Shown here: positions 36,853-46,795 of the stretch, in pieces | Numbering within the stretch: the stretch's first letter is position 1 | Layout: every line of letters starts with the position of its first letter | The notes under the pieces: generated by a model | The model's database searches: none | What the model saw: only the letters and a program-made list of their open reading frames with translations | What the model was told of the DNA's origin: nothing | Program-made: the position numbers and the translations under genes | From: an uncultured Candidatus Obscuribacterales bacterium | GTDB lineage: Bacteria > Cyanobacteriota > Vampirovibrionia > Obscuribacterales > Obscuribacteraceae | Assembly (NCBI GenBank): GCA_964493595.1 | Contig: CAZBOX010000002.1 | Location: forward strand, 2,003-66,002 | Reading direction: 5' to 3' | DNA length: 64,000 bases

Positions 36853-38274
36853 ATGAAGAGAAAAACTAGATTGCCTTCCGGCGGAAAGCCGGTGGGCAAG
36901 GTGAGACCGCGTGTCAGTTCGCTGCGCGGCGAATCTCCTTTTGTCATCAAGCCACTGCTGCAATTCGCTCCTGAGGCGGAAAGCGACGGTTCGGTGGCTG
37001 TCGAGCTTGTCTGGGTAGCTCATGTCAAACGCAGCTTCTGGACAGTCGAATATCTAGCCGAAGGAGCACAGTCCTGGACGGCTTGCGATGTAGAGAAAGT
37101 GGACAGCGTTGCCGTCAAAGAGGACGAATTTATTCGGCTTCGGGCACTGCTCGCCGGGCTGCCTGTCGGTAGTGCTTTTGAATATCGCGTGCTCATCTCC
37201 GGCCAGCAGGTATTCGCCGCATCGGCGAAATTGCCTCCAGCCAAAGGCAATAAGCTCAAGATCGCTCTTTTCGGCGACTTTGCAGACGGTGATCCGGAAG
37301 CTTCAAAGGTTGCTCAAGGCGCCTACAATGCCAAGGCCGACATGATGGTCCTCCTTGGTGACATCGTTTACAACAACGGTCTTTACGGTGAGTATCGCCG
37401 GCATTTCGACCCTGTGTACAACGGTGAAGGTGAGCGCGGCGCGCCAATCGGTCGCTCGCTTGTCACAGCCGCCGTACCCGGCAACCACGATGTTCGTGTT
37501 CCGGATCGCTTCGACTTCATTCAGCATGCCTCCGCTGAGGACCTGTTCGCGTTTTTCCGCATCTTTCGCCATCCGAAGAACGGTCCCAAGCTGGACTCCG
37601 GCGATGTCAAAAAGATGGTCGAACGCGAGCGCGAAGGCAAGACCCTCCTGAAGCTGTTCGGTCCTGATTTCATCCGCCTGTCGAATTACTACTTCCGGCA
37701 AGGCGAGAGCTTCTGGATCATGCTCGACGCTAACGAGTACATGGACTGGCGCAATCCCGAGCTGCAGAAGTGGCTGAAGAAGTCGCTAGCTAAAGGCGCG
37801 GACTGCAAGTGGAAATTCGTCTGCTTCCATCAGCCTGGATTCAACAGCGATGCGAAGTATCGGACCGATACGCGCATGCGTGTTCTGTCGCCGATTTTCG
37901 AAGACTCGGGCGTCGACATCGTCTTTAGCGGGCACTGCCACTTCTACGAGCGAAGCTATCCTCTCAAGTACAAGTTGCAAGAAGGAAAGGCTGGTCGCAG
38001 GCTCAATCCGGAAGGACAGCTGGTGCTGGACAAGAACTTCGACGGTGTGCAAAACAAAAAGCCGCAAGGCGTCATCTATATCGTCTCGGGCGCCGGCGGT
38101 CTGCTTGTCAGTCACGACATGCGCCCGTCTTCGCGCCAGAAGATCGAGTCCAGCTTCAAGATTGGCGAGCGCCGCAATTCATTCACTGTCATGACCCTGG
38201 ACGGCAAGTCTCTTCAATTGCGCCAGATCGACACTGTGGGTGACGAGGTGGATAGCTTTACGATCGAGAAGTAG
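36853..38274 (+). CDS. Calcineurin-like metallophosphoesterase (purple acid phosphatase-like)
   Basis: GDFADG, GDIVYNNG, GNHD, FHQP and GHCHFYER. Start MKRKTRLPSG at 36853 with a GGAGA RBS. The maximal ORF starts at 36766. Confidence 0.85.
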   Translation: MKRKTRLPSGGKPVGKVRPRVSSLRGESPFVIKPLLQFAPEAESDGSVAVELVWVAHVKRSFWTVEYLAEGAQSWTACDVEKVDSVAVKEDEFIRLRALLAGLPVGSAFEYRVLISGQQVFAASAKLPPAKGNKLKIALFGDFADGDPEASKVAQGAYNAKADMMVLLGDIVYNNGLYGEYRRHFDPVYNGEGERGAPIGRSLVTAAVPGNHDVRVPDRFDFIQHASAEDLFAFFRIFRHPKNGPKLDSGDVKKMVEREREGKTLLKLFGPDFIRLSNYYFRQGESFWIMLDANEYMDWRNPELQKWLKKSLAKGADCKWKFVCFHQPGFNSDAKYRTDTRMRVLSPIFEDSGVDIVFSGHCHFYERSYPLKYKLQEGKAGRRLNPEGQLVLDKNFDGVQNKKPQGVIYIVSGAGGLLVSHDMRPSSRQKIESSFKIGERRNSFTVMTLDGKSLQLRQIDTVGDEVDSFTIEK

Positions 38275-38283
38275 TCGGCTTTC

Positions 38284-38323
38284 ATGCGTGTTGCAGAAGC
38301 AAAACTGCAACACGCATTTTTTT
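38284..38323 (+). terminator. Strong rho-independent terminator
   Basis: ATGCGTGTTGCAG aagcaaaa CTGCAACACGCAT (13-bp perfect stem) followed by TTTTTTT. Confidence 0.8.
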
Positions 38324-38385
38324 GCAGCTATTTATTATACGACTTAGTATGATCGCACTCGGCAATAAAGTTTCCGGCTTATGGC

Positions 38386-40401
38386 TCATTCTTCGCTGCT
38401 TGTCTTGATTCTGGACAATTCTCTTTTTAGGTGATCGCTGTCATTTTTTGACCACTTCTTGAAACTGATATTGAAAGTCTTGAGTCTGGGCAGCTTTCTG
38501 ATTATTTCGCATGCCTTGTGGAGGGGAATGTCAGTGTCCGGCGCGGAAAATTCCTCGAGATTTTTCAGCGTGTACATCCAGCAGAGATCTGCATCTCCTA
38601 TCTTGGCTTTCTCGATCCAGAGCTTACGCAAATTCTTGAACGATCCAAGCAGATTCAAATCCTTTGGAGTTATGTCCTCTGCGCTCATTCTCAAATCTTG
38701 CAGTGCAGTAGATCCCTGTATTTTTCTGAGCGGGGCCATTTGATTGGACAGTCTGGCAATGTTTAGGTTCTCGAGTTGATTGAGTCGCTTCAGGTTTAAC
38801 AGACCCTCGCCAGTAATGCTGGTGGCGGCAACTTTAAGGGCTTCCAGTTTGGGCAGCTTGTTCAACGTTTCAATCAGCCTGTCATCCACGTCGCAGCCCG
38901 TAACATCAAGAAGTTTCAGGTTTTGTTGACGGTACAGATATTTGAATGTTGAATTGCCCACACCGAAATTGAACCTAAATCGCATGCCCGTGAATTCATT
39001 AGGATTGAATCGCAGCAGGAATTTCGGATTGGTGACAATCAATTTATCCTCGACATCGAAGCGCAATGGTTGTTCGATCGGGAAGGAGAGTACGCCTTTC
39101 GCCGGGTAGGCTCTCTGCGTGTCGAGAGTATAGATGTAGCCCATGCCTATTTTTTTTGCTGAGCGAAAGTCGAAAGTGCGGACGGAATGTCCGTCCTTGT
39201 CTACCGACATACTGCTTATCGGCCCGCCATTTGGTGTTTCAATTACGTCCCCAGGGAGCCGATCAGGCTCTTTCAATCCTCGTGCTTTATCAAAACCGGC
39301 TTGATAAGCAGCACCCAGTTTTTTGTTCATCTCTATGTATACTGCCGAGCCTGCGGCAAGTGCACCAATTGCTCCAGCAGCAACGATAAGGATCGCCTGT
39401 TTATATTTGTTTCGTTTGATAACTTCTGGTTTGGTTGGTTGCAATACCTGAGGGTGGTGTGAAATTCCCTGCTGAAGCAGGCTCAGGTCTCGCGCAACAG
39501 ATTTCATATCCTGATAGCGCCGCTCAGGATTTTTCTCGAGCATCAGCCGTAAAATGTTTTCAATCGACTCTGGAAATTCTTTTCCCAGAGTCGCCTCTTT
39601 CAATGAAGGCGCCTCGCTCGACTGATGCTGCATCATCGTCGTCAGGGCCGTATTGCCTATGAATGGCGGTACACCAGCCAAGCTTTCGAATAGCACGCAA
39701 CCGAGCGAGTAAATATCGCTTCTGTGGTCGACCGGTTTTCCCAGGCATTGCTCAGGGCTCATGTAGAGAGGACTGCCGAAGATCTCTCCCGTGCGCGTGA
39801 GAGCCTGAGTGGGCTGAATCTCCTCATCAGTTAATTTGGCAATGCCGAAATCAACAACTTTAACGCCCAATCCACTGCTGTCTGTTTGCGGTGGAACCAG
39901 CATTATATTGCTGGGCTTCAGGTCTCTGTGGATTACGCCCATGCCATGCGCATATGCCAGCGCAAAGCAAACTTGAATGAAAATTGTCAGCGCTTCTTCT
40001 ACGCTGAGAGCATTCTTGTCTTTGATTAGTTTGGCAAGAGTAGTGCCCTCGATGTAATCCATAACGAAAAATGGAATGTTGCCATCGATTAAACCGCAAT
40101 CGTGCACAGTGATCAGATTGGGATGGTCGAGCATGGCAGCGGTTTTTGCTTCCACCTGAAAGCGGCGCCAGGTGACTTCGGACACCTCCTGTGTGTTCAA
40201 TGTTTTCATTGCTAAGATTCGACCGAGCGCAATCTGCTCGACGCGGTAAACAACTCCCATGCCGCCGCGTCCTAATTCGTCGAGGACTTTGTACTTTTCT
40301 GCGACTACGTGCCCGGGGATAAGATCTGCGGCAGGACCATAGGTTAGTCCAAGAGTTCTATCCTCACTATCAAAACCAACAGCTTTGCCCGCCTCGTTCA
40401 T
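38386..40401 (-). CDS. Membrane Ser/Thr protein kinase with a C-terminal leucine-rich-repeat domain
   Basis: GRGGMGVVY, LAMK, HRDLKPSNIM, DFGIAK and SPEQ. TM segment AILIVAAGAIGALAAGSAVYI. C-terminal LxxLxxLxL repeats (LKLLDVTGC..., LPKLEALKV..., LNQLENLNI...). Confidence 0.9.
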   Translation of the reverse strand: MNEAGKAVGFDSEDRTLGLTYGPAADLIPGHVVAEKYKVLDELGRGGMGVVYRVEQIALGRILAMKTLNTQEVSEVTWRRFQVEAKTAAMLDHPNLITVHDCGLIDGNIPFFVMDYIEGTTLAKLIKDKNALSVEEALTIFIQVCFALAYAHGMGVIHRDLKPSNIMLVPPQTDSSGLGVKVVDFGIAKLTDEEIQPTQALTRTGEIFGSPLYMSPEQCLGKPVDHRSDIYSLGCVLFESLAGVPPFIGNTALTTMMQHQSSEAPSLKEATLGKEFPESIENILRLMLEKNPERRYQDMKSVARDLSLLQQGISHHPQVLQPTKPEVIKRNKYKQAILIVAAGAIGALAAGSAVYIEMNKKLGAAYQAGFDKARGLKEPDRLPGDVIETPNGGPISSMSVDKDGHSVRTFDFRSAKKIGMGYIYTLDTQRAYPAKGVLSFPIEQPLRFDVEDKLIVTNPKFLLRFNPNEFTGMRFRFNFGVGNSTFKYLYRQQNLKLLDVTGCDVDDRLIETLNKLPKLEALKVAATSITGEGLLNLKRLNQLENLNIARLSNQMAPLRKIQGSTALQDLRMSAEDITPKDLNLLGSFKNLRKLWIEKAKIGDADLCWMYTLKNLEEFSAPDTDIPLHKACEIIRKLPRLKTFNISFKKWSKNDSDHLKRELSRIKTSSEE

Positions 40402-40550
40402 GTAAGACTCCCGCGTTTCCCATAGAGCATATACCTCGGTATAGACGGAATTCGACAGAATTCGCTTATTAAATCGACGAAAAGCCCCAGAGCGCCTGAA
40501 AGATAAGTCGCTTTACAGTCTGCTCGGTCGCCAAGGAATGGCAAAAGCCG

Positions 40551-40589
40551 AGAGGCAGTGCAAGCGAATCAGAATCGCAGACTGCCTCT
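40551..40589 (-). terminator. Possible terminator of 40617..41060
   Basis: AGAGGCAGT ... ACTGCCTCT (9-bp stem), followed on the minus strand by CGGCTTTTGC. Confidence 0.4.
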
Positions 40590-40616
40590 TGCTATTACTT
40601 TTGTATGAGTAAGCGA

Positions 40617-41060
40617 CTACACAGCTACTTTTTCGGCAGTAGGCGTGAGGATGGACAATTGGTAGATCAGCGGCTCATCGTAATCGTCGGCATCTTCCTC
40701 GTCGTCAGTGTCTTCGTCCTCAGGGTCAGGCTGACAGGTTATTTGCGCGAACATACCGGGCTGAATTTTCGCAAATGCCTCCTTTACTGAAAGGTTCGGA
40801 AATTCGTCCGCGTACATCACCCCTGCGTACAATCGACCTTCATAGAGGACGCTCCATTGATCTTGATTCTCGTGGTCGACCAGCTCTCTTTGCAAATTGT
40901 TGGCAAAACCCACCTCGACTATTTCAAGGGCGGCATTCGGCTCGTTGTCTTCGTCACCCAAGTCTTCTGCCAGCACGACGTAAATGCCTGGAGTTTCTTC
41001 AACTTCTTCGGGACGTGAGAACGGCCCATCAAAGTAATAATTACCAATCACTACAGCCAT
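40617..41060 (-). CDS. Hypothetical protein with a highly acidic C-terminal region
   Basis: 147-aa ORF ending in PDPEDEDTDDEEDADDYDE. No confident motif. Confidence 0.5.
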   Translation of the reverse strand: MAVVIGNYYFDGPFSRPEEVEETPGIYVVLAEDLGDEDNEPNAALEIVEVGFANNLQRELVDHENQDQWSVLYEGRLYAGVMYADEFPNLSVKEAFAKIQPGMFAQITCQPDPEDEDTDDEEDADDYDEPLIYQLSILTPTAEKVAV

Positions 41061-41899
41061 TTTTTTCTCCTCTGTATGCGCTGAAATCTTCTATTCAGCT
41101 TGTTTTGTAGAAACGGTTCTTGGTCGTGATTGCATTTTGCTTGCGTCCATTCTTGTCTCTGCGCACTAAGGCGAGGTTAAGAACGGCAGAAAGGCGAAGT
41201 TAAAGTTTTTGTGCGAAGTCAAGTCCTGGCGGGCTTTTGTGATGCATTGAATATTGGATGAGTATGTCTTAGATTCTCGCTAAACGGTTTTTCTCATCTG
41301 TTGCTGGTGTCATATCTGGTATCACTCAGCGTCTTGTTACGAATTAGCAAAGTGTTCAAGTCATATGCCGTAATAATCCGATCCAACGCTAGGCGCGCCA
41401 GCATAGCGCGACCACTGCAGCTGGGCGCTGCGAAGCAAAGGCTCGATAGACGCGGTTCTTCGGGTTTCACAATGATCAGTTCGAAGATGGGTTCGCGCTA
41501 AGAGGATTATTAAAACGTGTTCATGGCGCTTCTTTATGGTCATGAACACTGTACTTACGTGCCTGAAAAAGGGTTGGCTGGAATTCTAATTTCTCTTTCT
41601 TCAAGTCTCTATATCCGCGCAAATCCAGTTCACTCAACACCAGATTCGTCTTCTTTCACTCGCCACAAGCGAATGGGAAAGACATGCGCGTATTCAAGGC
41701 TTTGAAGTGTCGACCTCGATGGCGTGACTTTGCTCTGGCCGCGTCGAGGACAAAACCCTAAACAATGGAGGTGCACCATGACAGGACTGTAGCGCAATAA
41801 CGCGCAACAGCGATGGCTCGACTTCTGTTCGCCTGCCGCCGCAATCTTCCGCAGTTGCATGGCAAGCAGATTTCCAGCTGTCCTTCAGGAGGTCTAATC

Positions 41900-42634
41900 A
41901 TGATCAATCGCAAGAACCGCACTCCCTTCCACAAGCGCTCCAGCAAGGCGCGGAAGCTCGCTTATATCCGGATGAAGAACAACATCCGCCGCGCTGCTCC
42001 CCTGCTCGGTGGGCTCTTCTACACCCACGATTACGTGCATGGCCAGAACGGCTGGGTCGACATCTACTTCCTCGGCAAGGCGAAGGGCGTTTTCTACAAC
42101 GTCACTCTCCAGACCGCTCGTTACGAGTACAAGGAAGAGGTCAGCCAGGCCGCCTGGGATGCCGCGGATGCGCTCGTTCCTCATCGCTTCAACCTCTTCG
42201 AGGATGCGAAGAAGGATCCCGTCACCGGCCACTGGATCTCCAACCCCAAGCCCGAGGGCACGCTCGACGCGTTCGGCGGCCTGACCCGCTGGGATTGGAT
42301 CCGTGGTGAGGAGGCTCGCATCGCCGATGCGCGCACCGTCAAGGTGCACGCGCGTGTGGAGCTCGACCGTGACTACGCTCACGGCATCGGTCTCCACGCC
42401 ACTATCGACGTGCCCTACCTCACCGTTGACGCCATCAACGCCTTCATCCGCGATTTCCTCGCCCGTGGCGAGAAGCCCTGGCGCGACGAGAACGCGCTCA
42501 GCTACAGCCACGAGGAGGTCGGCTACTGGGGACTCGAGAGCAACGCTCTCGTCGAGCCCTGGGATGTCGCGAAGGCTCTGGAGGAAGCGAAGACCGAAGA
42601 GACCGCTTCGGGGGAGGATGACGCCGGCGCCTGA
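41900..42634 (+). CDS. Hypothetical protein (isolated GC-rich gene)
   Basis: Start MINRKNRTPFHKR at 41900 with an AGGAGG RBS. Basic N-terminus and acidic C-terminus. The maximal ORF starts at 41813. Confidence 0.6.
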   Translation: MINRKNRTPFHKRSSKARKLAYIRMKNNIRRAAPLLGGLFYTHDYVHGQNGWVDIYFLGKAKGVFYNVTLQTARYEYKEEVSQAAWDAADALVPHRFNLFEDAKKDPVTGHWISNPKPEGTLDAFGGLTRWDWIRGEEARIADARTVKVHARVELDRDYAHGIGLHATIDVPYLTVDAINAFIRDFLARGEKPWRDENALSYSHEEVGYWGLESNALVEPWDVAKALEEAKTEETASGEDDAGA

Positions 42635-42808
42635 CCTGTTCAGGATCGCTAGCGTCTAAACGGTCACTGTGAAAACGTCGGGAGCGGTTCTGGTACTTGA
42701 TTGTGCTTGAATCGTCTCTCGGCGTTTTCCTTTTATCAATGCATGTATTATAAGAGGTAGTAAATATGTGCGCCCGATACCAACTATTTGAAGTAATAGT
42801 GATCATGT

Positions 42809-42847
42809 AAAAACAAAAGAGCGACAGTCTTGGTCGGACCGTCGCTC
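42809..42847 (-). terminator. Rho-independent terminator after pssA
   Basis: GAGCGAC ... GTCGCTC stem, followed on the minus strand by TTTTGTTTTT. Confidence 0.6.
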
Positions 42848-42871
42848 CTTGTTTCTCTCAAGGCTTGTGCA

Positions 42872-43477
42872 TCACTTCGTCCGCTTGAGCAGCCGGACGA
42901 AGTAATTGAGGTGCGGAAAACGGATGCGCGAGACCATAAGGACCGACGCAACCGCAGCGAAAGCCAGGATGGCATAGGCGACTACAGTGGATGCGAATGC
43001 TCCGTAGGTGAAGACGCCCAGGGCCACCACAGTCGCCGCTCCGGTGGAGGGCAAACCGCTGAACCATAGATGCGCGTCCTCGGAGTGATCGCCGGTCTCC
43101 ACGTTGAAGCGCGCCAGCCGATAGACCGCGCAGCCCACGTAAAGCACACCAGCGATCCAGAGCAGCGGTGTGAGAACGGCGCCGTTCAGGAATTGGAACA
43201 GCACCACGGCCGGTGCAATGCCGAAGCTTACCGCATCGCAGAGCGAGTCGAGATTGGCGCCCAGGTCGCTGGTGACGCCGATGGTGCGGGCGACCCGACC
43301 GTCGAAAGCGTCGAAGACCATAGCCAGAAAGATCAAGCCGGCACTGACCGCAAGCAGGTGCGGCTGAGTGCTGCTCAGGATGGCGCAGATAATCGCTGAG
43401 AAGCCGCAAATGGCGTTGCCCAGCGTGAACATGTTCGGAATACTGCGTTTGACCTTGGCTCGTTTTTGTCCAGGCAT
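42872..43477 (-). CDS. pssA: CDP-alcohol phosphatidyltransferase (phosphatidylserine synthase-like)
   Basis: Start MPGQKRAKVKRSIPNMFTLGN at 43477. Signature DAFDGRVARTIGVTSDLGANLDSLCD. The maximal ORF extends to 43837. Confidence 0.85.
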   Translation of the reverse strand: MPGQKRAKVKRSIPNMFTLGNAICGFSAIICAILSSTQPHLLAVSAGLIFLAMVFDAFDGRVARTIGVTSDLGANLDSLCDAVSFGIAPAVVLFQFLNGAVLTPLLWIAGVLYVGCAVYRLARFNVETGDHSEDAHLWFSGLPSTGAATVVALGVFTYGAFASTVVAYAILAFAAVASVLMVSRIRFPHLNYFVRLLKRTK

Positions 43478-43499
43478 ATTGCATTCTCCTTGTAGAACT

Positions 43500-43530
43500 G
43501 GCGAAGGCAGGTTTTGTGCCTGCCTTCGCC
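43500..43530 (-). other. Intercistronic 12-bp perfect stem-loop
   Basis: GGCGAAGGCAGG ttttgtg CCTGCCTTCGCC, between the polytopic membrane gene and pssA. Confidence 0.5.
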
Positions 43531-43557
43531 CTTCAGGTTCATCCTGTGCGGATGTCG

Positions 43558-46197
43558 TTATTTGTCGTCCGGCTGCCTTGTCGCCGTATCCTTCTCTTCG
43601 TTGAGCTTCTTCTCGAAGCGCGCGAAGATGAAGGCCGCGCCTATGGAGACGATGCCGGCCACGATGAAGATGATCACACGCACGTACTGCTCCGCGCCCC
43701 GGAGATCCCAGAGCACGAGTTTGCCGAGCATCAGCGCGAATACCGCATGCGCGCTGTAGCGGAACACCTTGTCGTTGAGCTTGACGCCGATCGTGAGGAG
43801 CACGATCGCTTCCAGTGACCAGGCGACGGCCAGCCACTGCCAGGCGAGCAGATTGTAGCAGGCGATGGTCGTAAGGACGGTGCCTACAATTGCCGCTCCC
43901 ATCTGCACCAATTCAGCCTCGCGGTTGCCGAGCACCACTGAATCCAGCAGACCTTGCGGCCTGACCGCGTTTGCCACAGTCAGGATGCGGTAAGCGAAAC
44001 TGAGTGCATAGATGCCTGCCACTACAGGCAGTGTGGTGCCCCAGGTCCAGGCATCGTAGCCGAGCGCTAGAGATGCTGCCGCACCAAGGAAGCCCAGCGC
44101 GCCGAGTTGGCGAATCACCGTGTCCTTCAGCCAGAATCCGGCTGCCACGACAACCGCACTTTCAGCAATCAGCCAGACCGCTGTTTGTGCCGAATTGCCG
44201 ACGTGGAGCCCAGTGAGGATCCACATAATGGCAGCACCCACTACGCTGTACGCGTGGTAGAAATTGATATTCAGCACTTGCCCTTCGCCGGCATTGGCGC
44301 TGCGCCACTTGTACAGCGCGCTGGCGGCAAAGAAGATAGCGACGTTGGCCGCTGCTCCCAGTGCGCCGACCACCTCCCAGTGGAGAATGAGCGCGACGCC
44401 GCCGGTCGCCAGCAAGACCGCCGCAATCAGCTCGCCGATGCGCTCTTTGAAGGCGTAGGCGTGTGCCATGAAGGCCGCCGCTGAAAGCGCCCACCAGTAA
44501 CTCTGGTTGGAATTTGCGGCAAGTTCGAGCGGCATCCACCAGGCGACAATCGCCGCTGCACCAAGATAGAAGTTGCGGCCGAACTGTTTTTCTATGGCGT
44601 GCTGCGCGGGCTCGAATGCCTTGACGCGATAAGCGATTTCGCTCACCACGAAAGCGAAGAGCGCAGTCAGACCGGTGACCAGCTGGAAGCCGACACCGAA
44701 GACATCGCCCGAGATTAGGCGGGCCGCCGAAAGCAGAGCGACTGCAAAGGCAAAGGCGCGCAGCTCGATCATGCGGAAACGCAGACCGGCAATGACGAGT
44801 ACCGGCACTTCCAGGAGCCAGACCACAGAAACTGCATTGGGGCTGAGCCAGAGCGGAACAGCGGCAGTAGCCGCAGCCAGGCAGATCAACGTGGTGAGCG
44901 TGGTTGTGAACTCCAGCTTCTTTGCGCGTGCCACGTACGCGAAGACTCCGTAAGCGGCTGCGACGAAGAAGAGGAAGAGGTATCGCCATGCGGAGAATTC
45001 AGTACCCATCGCCAGAAGGTTCAGGGTGATGAATGCGCCGGCGTTGAGAAGAGAAGCGGTGACGGTGAAGCGGCGAGTGGCATCCGACTCCTCCGGCTGG
45101 CGAACTAGGAAATGCACCAGGTTGTACGCCAGCCAGTGGGCGGACAGAAAGGCGCCCGAGAGCAGCAAGCCTTGAGCGCCGACTACGCTGCCGGTGATCT
45201 GCGGCTGGGTGAAGAGCACGAAGGTGGCATATGAGCCGACCACGCCTACCAGGTAAACCAGGAACCAGCGCATGCGCACGATGACCAGCGCCAGACCAAT
45301 CACCATGAGCGCCGATGCCCCTACCGTGAAGGCAGTGACTGCGCTCAGCGAGAGCGTCACAAAGGCCAGGAGTGCGGAAAGAAGCGCGACCGTTTCGGAG
45401 CGCCGGTAAAGAGAATGGAGCATGCAGCCTGCGGCCATTGCCAGAAGGAGGCAGGAATCGAGCGCCACGTTGTCGATGAGTTTCACCGAGGCGATGTTTT
45501 GCATCGCGTAAACGGTGAAGTAACCGACTGCATAACCGCCTGCCACCAGCGCCAAGCCGAAGGGCTTGAAATTCATGCGCCGGTAAGCGAATTCGCCTCC
45601 AGCTACAAGCGCGGCTGCGCCGGTGAACCAGGAGAGGATTTTGACCAGCGGACCGACATGCTCGTAAGCGAGCATCAGACCGTAGCCCAGACCGACCACA
45701 AGCAGGATGACCCCGGTCCAGAGGTACCAGTATCGCCCGATGGATTGTTCGAGGTCGGATTTGATTCTTGCAGTTTTGGTTCGTTCCTCCGCGGCGCCAC
45801 CGTGGGCAGTGTCGCTGAGCGGCTCTGTTGCGCGGCTCTTCTTTGTCGAGGAGCTGCTGTAAAGCAGATTTCTTGCCACTCCGAAAGCAATGGCTACGGC
45901 GACACCGACCAGGAAATAGCCGCTGAAAAACCAGACGATTGCTCCAATTACGAGTGGCAAAAAGAGCGAATCGTCCGATCCTGAGGCTGCCTGATTGGTT
46001 GGTTCTGGCTGTTTTGCGCCGGGCGCTGCCGGTTGTGCCTCGTTGCCGGTTGTTTGTGATTGAGCAGCTGTTTGAGCCGTTGCCGTGCGACCGGCTCTCA
46101 GGTCTTCAACCGCTAGCTCGAGAGCCCTGATACGCGTTTCATAGCTTTTCAGGGTTTCGGGAAAATCGTCAGGGACGCGAAAAGAAGGATCTTCCAC
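43558..46197 (-). CDS. Large polytopic membrane protein (DUF2339-like: N-terminal coiled coil plus more than 20 TM)
   Basis: 879 aa. GTG start with an AAGGAG RBS. N-terminal SYETRIRALELAVEDLRAG helix, then continuous hydrophobic helices. Confidence 0.8.
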   Translation of the reverse strand: MEDPSFRVPDDFPETLKSYETRIRALELAVEDLRAGRTATAQTAAQSQTTGNEAQPAAPGAKQPEPTNQAASGSDDSLFLPLVIGAIVWFFSGYFLVGVAVAIAFGVARNLLYSSSSTKKSRATEPLSDTAHGGAAEERTKTARIKSDLEQSIGRYWYLWTGVILLVVGLGYGLMLAYEHVGPLVKILSWFTGAAALVAGGEFAYRRMNFKPFGLALVAGGYAVGYFTVYAMQNIASVKLIDNVALDSCLLLAMAAGCMLHSLYRRSETVALLSALLAFVTLSLSAVTAFTVGASALMVIGLALVIVRMRWFLVYLVGVVGSYATFVLFTQPQITGSVVGAQGLLLSGAFLSAHWLAYNLVHFLVRQPEESDATRRFTVTASLLNAGAFITLNLLAMGTEFSAWRYLFLFFVAAAYGVFAYVARAKKLEFTTTLTTLICLAAATAAVPLWLSPNAVSVVWLLEVPVLVIAGLRFRMIELRAFAFAVALLSAARLISGDVFGVGFQLVTGLTALFAFVVSEIAYRVKAFEPAQHAIEKQFGRNFYLGAAAIVAWWMPLELAANSNQSYWWALSAAAFMAHAYAFKERIGELIAAVLLATGGVALILHWEVVGALGAAANVAIFFAASALYKWRSANAGEGQVLNINFYHAYSVVGAAIMWILTGLHVGNSAQTAVWLIAESAVVVAAGFWLKDTVIRQLGALGFLGAAASLALGYDAWTWGTTLPVVAGIYALSFAYRILTVANAVRPQGLLDSVVLGNREAELVQMGAAIVGTVLTTIACYNLLAWQWLAVAWSLEAIVLLTIGVKLNDKVFRYSAHAVFALMLGKLVLWDLRGAEQYVRVIIFIVAGIVSIGAAFIFARFEKKLNEEKDTATRQPDDK

Positions 46198-46701
46198 GAT
46201 CTGATCTCCTTCAGGGAACTTTGATTGCCGGCCGGAGTTGGACGGCGGTGAATTCTTCCAGACCGGCTCTAATTCGCCAGGAATTTATCCCGGCTGCCGA
46301 GGTCTCAGAGCGCTTTGCACATGCAGAAGAGCTTGGTGGTATTTCCTCTGGGAAGAAAAAACGAACGGGTGAAGTCGATTTGATTTTGTCCAACGATGCG
46401 GGCTGAATTCAGTGCGTGCGACAAGCATCTACGTTGAAAATGCTTAAGGGTTCGTCCTCAATGAAAATCTGCACAGCTATTGGAAATGTGCTGTAGAAGC
46501 TGGCCGGCTTGTTATCCGGATGGTCTGTGAGCGGCCAGTAGGCGAAGTCTGCCTGTTGCCTGTTGATGCAGGTTAGGGAAATCTCAGTAGAACCCCGCTG
46601 CCAGAGGTTTGCGCATCTCGCGCCAAACTGGTCGGTCAAGACTCGGCTCCGGTAAGATCTGCTTGGAAAAGCAACAACTATAGAATATAAGAAAAATAGC
46701 A

Positions 46702-46743
46702 TCTAAAAATAGCAAGCGGAGGAGCTATGGCGCTCCCCCGCTT
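46702..46743 (-). terminator. Rho-independent terminator ending the pknG-to-glnH operon
   Basis: AAGCGGAGGAGC tatggc GCTCCCCCGCTT (one mismatch), followed on the minus strand by GCTATTTTTAGATGCTATTTTT. Confidence 0.6.
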
Positions 46744-46795
46744 GCAAAGTCAGGACTCAGTCATGCAGAAAGGGAATTCCGCGCCGACCGTTTGC

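Noticed and set aside
40617-41060. GIY-YIG nuclease call based on PGIYVVL.
   Set aside because: Only the first half-motif is present. There is no downstream YIG, Arg or Glu pattern, and the highly acidic tail argues for a different function.
46409-46702. 97-aa minus-strand ORF downstream of glnH.
   Set aside because: Its start codon abuts the U-tract of the operon terminator, with no RBS. It has AT-rich composition and no motif.
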